Shown piece after piece: positions 54,979 to 64,000 of a DNA stretch of 64,000 nt; positions within the stretch are counted from its first letter, which is position 1; the number at the start of each line of letters is the position of its first letter. The notes beneath the pieces were generated by a model, which was not told where the DNA came from, did not search any database, and saw nothing but the letters and a program-made list of their open reading frames with translations. The DNA comes from Octopus vulgaris (Eukaryota). Made by a program: the position numbers and the translations under genes. The stretch lies in contig OX597827.1 of assembly GCA_951406725.2 (NCBI GenBank), forward strand, positions 46,004,001 to 46,068,000, written 5' to 3'.

Positions 54979-55085
54979 CACACACACACATCATCATCAT
55001 CATCATCATTTAACGTCCGCTATACACACACACACACACATATATATATATACACACACACACACATATATATATATATGTATGT
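54645..55085. repeat. Alternating (TA)n(CA)n compound microsatellite
   Basis: Direct reading. Confidence 0.95.
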
Positions 55086-55272
55086 ATGAACCCACATACA
55101 GAAAGATGGATGAACATACTGTCTCTGCATATGAATGTTGGAGTGTGTGTGTGTTTACACAGAAGAACATGTAATGCATAGAATGATCAAATCACATTCA
55201 TTCTGCTAGTCAAATTTCACTGTTTACTTACACATAGTGCTGTTCTTAACAAACTTAGCTTCACTGAATGTG

Positions 55273-55304
<32 letters not shown>

Positions 55305-56169
55305 GTGTGGGCAGGTACGTACGTGTGTGTGCTGTGCACGAAGTGCGTGTGCATGGAGTTGATTTGATGTCGGCAATGCAAAAGGCAGTGCATGGAGAAG
55401 GAAGGAAGGGAGAGCCAGTGTGAGTGTTTGTTCCCCTGTTGCATGTGTGAACAACTGAGCGGCAGCAGCAGCAACAGTAGTAGTAGTAGTAGTAGTAGTG
55501 AAAGGTGGGGAGTGCTAAAAAAAAAAATATTTAAGTCATGACAACTTCCCTGCCACTAACAAGTATCAATGAAGCAGAAAGGGAAGCAAGGTTGTTTCTC
55601 TTTTTCTTTCTTTTTTTCTTTGTCAATCTAGAGAAAAAGTATAATTGTAGCAGTAGTAGTAGTAGCAGCGGTAGCAAAGTAGGTTTGAACTCATGTTCTT
55701 AAGGACAGTAATATAAGATGACATTTCTCCAAACAAAAATCTATAGTGCAGGCATTAATCTCCAGTTTCTGCAACATTGAGCAAATGAAATTAAAAGTAA
55801 AAGAATTTTTTATGTAAGAAAAAAAATAACTCCCCCAGGGATAGGACACTAAACTATCATAGGTAGTATTTCTTAATGGGGATAAACTAGAGCAGTGAGA
55901 GCATTCCAATTTCCCATCATTATCATCATCATCATCCCGCTCACTGACTCTCCCACCACCTCCAGACCTCGTATTAAAAATTTTGTTTAACCCATCCACT
56001 CCACAAAACCTCCACCACCATCACAACTATCAAGGCTGCAGTCAAAATGGGAAATTTCTCATTTGGCCACATATTCTCTTCTATAGATGTCAACCTAAAG
56101 AACTTCAAACACTAAAAGAAAAAAAAAAAATAGAGGCTAAAAGTGACTATGTATGTGTGTATATATATT

Positions 56170-56199
<30 letters not shown>

Positions 56200-56201
<2 letters not shown>

Positions 56202-56365
56202 GATACAAAATACAAAATGGGACAAGAACGCAAAACATCCGGACAACTAGATGGTACAAAAAGAGACAACAAAACATCCAGATAGATGATACAAAAAAAA
56301 CAAGGAGAGGTCATTCGAAGCCCTCTATCCTCAGTCAAGCACCAGATTATCATTGCAATTTCGGC
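56200..56365. mobile_element. Interspersed fragment, possibly a Penelope-like terminus
   Basis: aaaatgggacaagaacgcaaaacatcc..gatgatacaaa..caagga..tcctcagtc shared with 47720-47845; both adjoin TA runs. Confidence 0.45.
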
Positions 56366-56488
56366 TGATGGTGTTTATTCTGACCATATCGCACGAGGAG
56401 CTTTAAGGCGGGCAATTTAAACTGGCCATGTTCATACGTGTGTCTATAAGTATGTATAGACATTCGTATATGTAAGTATATCATATGT

Positions 56489-56537
<49 letters not shown>

Positions 56538-56558
56538 ATTTATGTGCTATCTGAGTAT

Positions 56559-56617
56559 ATTCCACTGACGAAGGCAGAGCATCCCTTATGCAAAGTCAGA
56601 AATCCAGGATCTGGAAT
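56559..56617 (+). ncRNA. Type I hammerhead ribozyme, canonical core
   Basis: attcca-CUGACGA(56565-56571)-a ggc aga gcat ccctt atgc aaa gtc a-GAAA(56599-56602)-tccagga-UC-tggaat; cleavage AUC after 56611. Confidence 0.75.
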
Positions 56618-56761
56618 TATCTAGTAATTTTTTTGCTAGTTTACTTTGTCTCTCTGTGTTCTCTCCTAGTGCTGTATGAACATTTAATGTGGCTTTAGAG
56701 TCAGGTTTTGACTGCTATTTCTAGCATGGTGGTATCTCTCAGATAACCTAAATTATAATTT

Positions 56762-56799
<38 letters not shown>

Positions 56800-57352
56800 T
56801 ACATACATACCAGCATGAAAAGTGAATATTAAATGATTATATAAACACAAACACATATGCACTAACACACACACATACATGCATACATACGCATGCTCAT
56901 ACATACAAATATACATACACACTCGACAGGCTTCTTTCAGTTTTCAGCTACCAAATCCATACACAAGGCTTTGGTCAGCCCAGGGATGTAGCACAAGGTG
57001 CTACAAAGTGGAACTGAACCCAAGACCACATGGTTGGGAAGCTGGCTTTTTAATCACACAGTTACTCCCGCGCCTATCATAAATGTGTGTGTGTGTATGA
57101 AGGTATGAAATGAGTATTAAAATTTCTTTAAAACAGAAATGAGTGCATGCATTGCACTTTGCTGCAAAGGAATATGCAGAAACACCAGTGCAATGCATTA
57201 CAAACACTAGAAAGCAAGTACATTGTACATCTGTGAGCCATCCATGGCACACAATTTTATAATGACACCACAGTAAACTAAATTTGGCCTACTTTGTCCA
57301 AAACGTGACTATCTTAAACAATTGAGAGATTTTGGCTAATATTTCTAGAAAG

Positions 57353-57810
57353 TAAGGTGGCAAGTTGACAGAATTGTTAGCAGGCCAGGTAAAATGTTTA
57401 GTGGTAATTTGTCCATCTTCATGCTCTGAGTTCAAATTTACCCGAGGTCGACTTTGCCTTTCATCTTTCAAGGGTCGATAAAATAAGTACCATTTGAACA
57501 CTAGGGTTGATGTAATTGATTTATCCAACCTTGCCACCCACCGAAACTGCTGGCCTTGTGCCAGACTGAAATCAATATTTCTAGTAAGGCAAGGCAGTGA
57601 GTTGGCAGAAACATTAGCACACCAGGCAAAATGCTTGGCGATATTTCATCTGTCTTTATGTTCTAAGTTCAAATTCCACCGAGGTCAACTTTGCCTTTCA
57701 TCCTTTCGGGGTTAGTAAATTAAGTACCAGTTGCGTACTGGGGTCAATCTAATCAACTGGCCCCCTCTCCAAAAATTTCAGGCCTTGTGCCCAGAGTAGA
57801 AAAGAATGTT
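57353..57810 (+). mobile_element. Head-to-tail pair of SINE family B
   Basis: Two units with gtcgactttgcctttcatc central motif. Confidence 0.85.
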
Positions 57811-58007
57811 TCTAGTAAGTCAGTCAACCACGTAGCAGCACCTTCATTGATTCGACCGCAAGTTGGGAGTAATAACAGCCCATGACAATACCTGCTCAGC
57901 TTCTTCACCTCATCCCACTCCCTTCTACAAGGCAAGGGAAAAGGAGAGGAGAAATAACAGTCACCATACTCCCACCTCTTCCATAAAGTCAATGTTAATG
58001 TTTAGCT

Positions 58008-58667
58008 CAGTGGTTCTGAACCAGAATCCATATAAGATTGGGGGGGGGGGCAGAGTCCAAGCAAGCATAATAGCAAATTGGGGATGTACAGCAGTATTTT
58101 AAGGGTCCAGAGAAAAAATTTTGCTTTAGATTTATCTATTGCAAGAAACAACTAAGTGTCTATCCCTGACGCTTGGTGCTCCAGCATGGCTCCAGTCAAA
58201 TGACTGAAATAAATAAAAGAATAAAAAAATAACATAGTTCAACATGTTTCTTGTTTCTTTATTGCCCACAAGGGGCTAAACATAGAGGGGACAAACAAGG
58301 ACAGACAAAGGGATTAAGTCGATTACATTGACCCCAGGGCGTAACTGGTACTATTGACCTCGAAAAGATGAAAGGCAAAGTCAACCTTAGCGGAATTTGA
58401 ACTCAGAATGTAATGGCAGACAAAATACTGTTAAGCATTTCGCCCGGCATGCTAATGTTTCTGCCAGCTCACCACCTTCAATATGAAACATGTTCTCTTG
58501 GAGAGTTCGATAACAAACCTACAAGCGAATGGAAGAGAAACAAAATGGGGATTTTGAAAGAAATATCTATAAAACTTTGTTTTGAAACATCAAATGGAAA
58601 AGGTGATCCACCAGAACAAAATAGTAATGAAAGGGGTTTACAGGTATGAAATGGTTGAGAACCATTG
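58008..58667 (+). mobile_element. hAT-type element with nested SINEs
   Basis: TIRs cagtggttctgaacc / ggttgagaaccattg; TSD gtttagct / gtttagcc; SINE B (-) at 58250-58475 inside. Confidence 0.75.
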
Positions 58668-60448
58668 GTTTAGCCCCACATTCAAGTTAGCAGCTCCCTT
58701 TCTATCCCAACTGAAGAGGAAGAAAAGATTAAGGAGAGTTATGAAATATGGTCCTTCGAGTTACTTGACACCTTTCACAAATGGGTAAAATCCACAGATC
58801 CACTGTACCCTTTGACATCTGGGATGATGGATTTACCATATAGGGTGGTTGTTGTCTAATTAAGGACTAACTAAGTAGACCTACAGAACATGGGAACAAG
58901 GTGTTTGAGGTTTTCCATGAACAAGTGTTAGCCATTGATACAGATATACCTTGATATACCAAGTCTACTTAATGTGGTTGAAGGCCAGATTGTACCCTTT
59001 TCACATCCAGAGAGAAGAGTTTACTCTATGGATGGCAGTTGTTGTTTAGCCCCAGATCAGCTCTGATCAAGCAAACCCTGATCAAAAGCATTCCAGCCAT
59101 GACCAACATTCCCTCTAATTTTTCTAGCTGTGTGTTCGGAAAAATTTGCATTGAGGGTGCCAAAGTTTTGTCTCTCTTTGCAATGTATTTGCACATCCAT
59201 AAGAATAACCATCACTCAAATATCTTCAGTTGAAAAAAAAAAAAAATCAATCTTCATCTTGAAAATTTATGTTTCTTATTGTTTTACCTTGTCTAGTTGC
59301 AAAATGTACATGTGCACAAGAGCACAGCTTAAGAAAAACAATGGCCACAATCATGCCATTTTCCCCCCAAAGTACGGGGAACCCAGGGACCACATTATGC
59401 AATGTAGCCTTCCTAAGATGACAGAGTGTGACTTGAGGGAACTCTGGTTACTATTTCTAGCATGTTGAGTGACCACATAGAGTTTCCTTTGTCAGCTTGT
59501 GTACTTGTGTAAGAGTAAGACAGTTGAGAAGATGGATTTTTTTTTTAAAGAGAGTAATACAACAAAGAGGGTAGATCGAGGCTGGAAGTACACAAAAGGA
59601 ACATAGAGGGGTGTGGCCAGAAATAGTTATTGATGATCTATCATGTCATCAATGCTGTTTGTTGTTGTTTAATCCCAGACAAGCCCTGGTTGAGCAAATC
59701 TGTAGTCAAAAGTACAACAATCTCAAAACTCCATCTTTTTAATCGGACACAATGTATAAAGAACATCATCTGATGTAATCTCTTAAAAGCACAGATGTGA
59801 CTGAACCCAGAACCATGTTGTTGAGCTGCAAACTTCTTACCATACACCCATGCCCATGCCTTATTTTACATAATTAGGTCTAAAGAGTGCCTCCCTGAAG
59901 TATTTTCCTTCAGCTGCATTATTGATAACACGGATGTGCATCATTACATCCCCTTTATTTCATTAAGTATATCGATCAGTCTTAGTTTTGTCCACCGAGT
60001 AGAGTATACTTCCTTGCAGAGGTATAATAATACCAAAACATGTCCACTGCACTCACCAGTTGGCTTTAGAAACCGGATCCATTTCAATCTCTATTGTATA
60101 AAAATCCTCATCATTGTTTTAGCATCCAATTCTATGTTTGTATGGGTGAGACAGAATTTGTTGAAGTAGATGTTCTATGGCCAGATGCACTTCCTGTTGC
60201 CACCTCACTTGTTTCCAAGCAAAGTAATATTTCCCCATGACTGAACAGGTTTCAGTCGAAGATTAGAATTAACGCCACTTGTATGACAATGACAACACAA
60301 CTATCAAGCAACATGAAGGAAAAGGAGGAACAAGCACATTCAAACAGATATATATATATAGCGATAATTTACAAAAAAACAAAATATGCAGATGGGTGTG
60401 TAAACAACAAAAAGATGTATTAGTTTAACGCTCAGGAAGTGAGAAAGT

Positions 60449-60484
60449 CTTTTACGTTTTGAGCCTACGCTCTTCAACAGAAAG
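60449..60484 (-). ncRNA. Decayed minimal hammerhead in a Penelope-like terminal fragment (60360-60545)
   Basis: cttt-CUGUUGA-a gagc gtag gctc-AAAA-cg-UA-aaag; same family as 25358-25395; flanked by TA runs. Confidence 0.5.
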
Positions 60485-61577
60485 GAACACAGAAATAACC
60501 AGGGAGAGAAAATAAAAAAGGTTTTGTGGCTAGCAATCTATCATATATATATATATATCATCATCATCATCATCGTTTAACGTCAGTTATATATATATAT
60601 GTGCATGCTGGTTTCTTTTGAGTTTTCATCTACCAAATCCACTCACAAAGCTGTGTTTAGCTCAGAGTCATGTAGTAAAACTGAAGAACTGAATCAGAAA
60701 CAATATGATAGAAAGGCAAACTCTTTTCAACCACACAGTTATAAATAAGTTTCAATTGACTGATCTTCTTACAATTATCTCCCTTGTTTGTTGACTTTTT
60801 AGATTTTACACACTTCTGGTGAGAGGTTTTGTTTAGTAATTGCTATGAGATCGAAATGGCTGATGTTTTCCTTGAACGGTAGAGACAAGAAGAGAGCTCA
60901 AATGAAAACTTTGGTGTTTTGGAGAGAAAAGAATGGGAAGGAGGAAGAAGTATTCTGTCTGGTGCCTGAGGAGACAAGCAATCTGGGTAACGAGAGGAGG
61001 AGAGATATGTTAGTTGGATGAGTCAGAGTGAAGATGAAGCATAAGACAACATGACTGTTGATCAGAGGTTTGTGAGTGCTAATAAACAACCCTATATTAA
61101 TAAGTGTTAATGAACAACCCTATAGTAATAAGTCAGGTATTCTATATAGTGTAGGTATTGTGGAGCTATGCATCTTTTTTTTTTTACATTATTTTGTGAT
61201 TGCAGTCATCGAAATGGTCATGCTGGAGCACTACTTTCAAGGCTCTCAGTCAATCATAACACATGATACTTATGAAGTACTTGTTTCAGTCTAACATTTA
61301 TTTTAGCAATCTAAATTCACTGAATCATCAAGTCACGCTGTGACATAGGAGAACATGACCTGACACACCAGTGAGCATAAGATGGATATAAACACACATA
61401 CACAATATGCTCTCACAATTTCTATCCACTAAATTCCACTCGCAGGATATTGCTTAACTCAAGAGTTACAGGAGAAGGCAGTTTGCCCATGCTATGCTGT
61501 ATAGTGAGATACCATGAACAACAACAACTTATATTTATATAAACATATTTTTATGTAAACAGTATGTGCTTATATAC

Positions 61578-61874
61578 CAGAAAATAAAGGAAGTTTCAAG
61601 TGCAGAATAGCTGTGGAAAGAACTTAGAAGAAGAGGTAAACACTCCCAAAAAACAGCAAACAGTTGCCAGTAAGTTACTACAGAGAATTGAACCCCATAC
61701 CTTTTAAATTCCTGCTGAGCACTCTAATCCATTAAACTAAGTAACTGAGGTACAGGGTTCGATTCCCTGTAGTAACTTCCTGCATCCACTTTTTACTATC
61801 TTCTAAGGCTATTTACCTGATCTTTTAAGCTGTTTTTACAGCTATTCTGTATTTAAGACTTCCTTTATTTTCTG
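61578..61874. mobile_element. Palindromic MITE-like element with tRNA-like core (61674-61745, minus)
   Basis: Ends cagaaaataaaggaagt / acttcctttattttctg; arms over 100 bp; core has A-box- and B-box-like motifs and a gttact/agtaac acceptor-like stem. Confidence 0.65.
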
Positions 61875-61914
61875 TAAAATATCAACTCACTTGGTGCTTC
61901 AAAGTTTGTTTGTA

Positions 61915-62135
61915 CCCTTTAGCATTTAAAGTGGCCGTATCCAACCCAAAATATTCTACCTGCTTTACACGCAAACTGACTAGATCAAGCCTCTCACACC
62001 TACCCTACAATGTTGTTTCAATAATAAACAATCACATCACTGAAATCTCAAAGATACAAAATAACACCAGATTATTTCAAAAGAAGGTGAATGAACAAGC
62101 ATTACATTTGACAATGTAATCTGAATACTAAACGG
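61915..62135 (+). mobile_element. piggyBac-like MITE
   Basis: ccctttagcatt ... aatactaaacgg-ttaa; related copy at about 31645-31830. Confidence 0.6.
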
Positions 62136-62149
62136 TTAAATATATTTGT

Positions 62150-62400
62150 AAACAAGAGCACTCAAAGAGCGCAAAAATGAGAATACTAAAAATAAACCCA
62201 ACCGCTCTCAAAAATGAAGTAAAAATAAAACAAGAAAAATAATCCAGAATCCTTGTCCTTGTCCGGTACCAGATCGATCCCAAAATCTAATCAGTTTGTG
62301 CCAGTCATGAAGCTAAACATCCCTAAAAGTTTCATCCGAATCCATCCAATGGTTCTTGAGATATTCACGGACAAACAAACACGACTGAAAACACTACCTC
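62150..62400 (+). mobile_element. Helentron-like HINE copy
   Basis: Homologous to 4641-4997. Confidence 0.6.
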
Positions 62401-62852
62401 TGTATGTACACATATATATATATATATATAAATATGTATATACATACATATATTCAGGGTGCAATGGGTAAAGTGTTACCATTTTATATTTTTAATTCTG
62501 ATATTGTTGACTACACAGTATAGTAAGGTTAGTTGGGCATATGGAATATGAACTATTTTTGTTAAATACTTGAAATACAAAAGTAGAAAAACAGCCAACA
62601 ACTGATGAAGGGTTGTTCTTTATGTGGTTTGTCTTGTTTTCCATTTGTGTCTTTCGTTGTTCGAAAAAATAGTTCATATTCCATGTACTCGTACTTTGTA
62701 TTTTTTGTTGTACACATTTCATGATGTCTTGTGCCCACATATGCATATATATACATGTAGATGTAAGTATGTACATATACATATGTATATATGCATATAT
62801 ATATTTATATTATTATTATATGATTAAGCACAATGCATCCTCTTCCAAGTAA

Positions 62853-62908
<56 letters not shown>

Positions 62909-63048
62909 CATACATATTGGCATGGCTTTATTCCATTGTACTTGACAATTAAATAGACCTATACACTTTGAGTCTAACAGGCTAGGTACAAATATGATAT
63001 GATATAGAGGGGATATATCCTACCCAGACCCAGAGAATGTCTCCATAC

Positions 63049-63109
<61 letters not shown>

Positions 63110-63556
63110 GAGAGGTATTGGTGTCAAGCAGAGCCAAAGGTGTCAGGTAATACTGAGTAAGTGCTATGGACAGACTATAGTTAAGCTCCAGGTTTGATAA
63201 TGATACAAATGAGGAGTCCAATGTAGATTGTGTAGTAACATGCATATATATATGAAAATTAACAGAATGAGATAATAAAAATCCAATATATACATGTATA
63301 TGTATGGAGACATTTTCTGGGCCTGAGTAGGATACATCTATTTCTTCCCCTGATGTATGTGTGTGTATATATACTCACACATATCAGTGGGCGAGAGAGA
63401 CTTGTGTGTTGTTTTGTTATCAAAGCAACTAAACAATAAAACAACGAAATGAAGCTGTTGTTAAAGAAACAGAGGGTGGGATGCAGAGAGGATGACAACA
63501 TAAATCATTGAGAGAGGAGGAGAGTGACAGGATCTTTTTATAGATGTTTCACATAA

Positions 63557-63960
63557 GGCGCAGGAGTGGCTGTGTGGTAAGTAGCTTGCTAACCAACCAC
63601 ATGGTTCCGGGTTCAGTCCCACTACGTGGCACCTTGGGCAAGTGTCTTCTACTATAGCCTCGGGCTGATCAATGCCTTGTGAGTGGATTTGGTAGACGGA
63701 AACTGAAAGAAGCCTGTCGTATATATGTATATATATATATATATATGTATATGTGTTTGTGTGTCTGTGTTTGTTCCCCTAGCATTGCTTGACAACCGAT
63801 GCTGGTGTGTTTACGTCCCCGTCACTTAGCGGTTCGGCAAAAAGAGACCGATAGAATAAGTACTGGGCTTACAAAAAGAATAAGTCCCGGGGTCGAGTTG
63901 CTCGACTAAAGGCGGTGCTCCAGCATGGCCGCAGTCAAATGACTGAAACAAGTAAAAGAG
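63557..63960 (+). mobile_element. Full-length young tRNA-derived CORE-like SINE (family A reference copy)
   Basis: A-box tggctgtgtgg, B-box ggttcagtccc, ccttgggcaagt CORE-like motif, internal microsatellite, tail gactgaaacaagtaaaagag; about 20 related copies or fragments in the window. Confidence 0.92.
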
Positions 63961-64000
63961 AGAGGGAAAAGAGTATAAGTCTACCGCTGATTCAGGAATG

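Noticed and set aside
63557-63635. Functional tRNA genes at SINE heads
   Set aside because: A/B boxes are present, but there is no proper cloverleaf and they continue into SINE bodies

Overview
AT-rich, repeat-saturated eukaryotic non-coding DNA. The (TA)n/(CA)n/(GA)n microsatellites and tRNA-derived SINE families look like an octopus (coleoid cephalopod) genome, which is an inference from repeat content. No intact protein-coding gene is supportable: nearly all listed ORFs are translations of microsatellites or SINEs, and the only real coding traces are a deleted mariner transposase and a decayed Chapaev3-like transposase. The main hidden signal is a diverse set of type I hammerhead ribozyme (HHR) motifs in non-coding elements sitting in (TA)n tracts. 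(1) At 52079-53126 a 360-bp HHR-containing unit occurs as a near-perfect tandem dimer plus a circularly permuted inverted copy, the architecture expected of a retrozyme or Penelope-dependent element copied from a circular or multimeric RNA. (2) At 20956-22530 a 1.5-kb foldback carries a canonical HHR in each arm. (3) Several more unrelated HHRs occur at about 4.1, 6.9, 25.4, 33.6, 34.9, 35.3, 51.9, 56.6 and 60.4 kb, including G3-C8, U3-A8 and U4C core variants. Also present: Helitron/Helentron derivatives, hAT, piggyBac and mariner MITEs, a MITE with a tRNA-like core, and a complex inverted duplication spanning about 10 kb. All ribozyme calls were folded by eye, and none is shown to be active.
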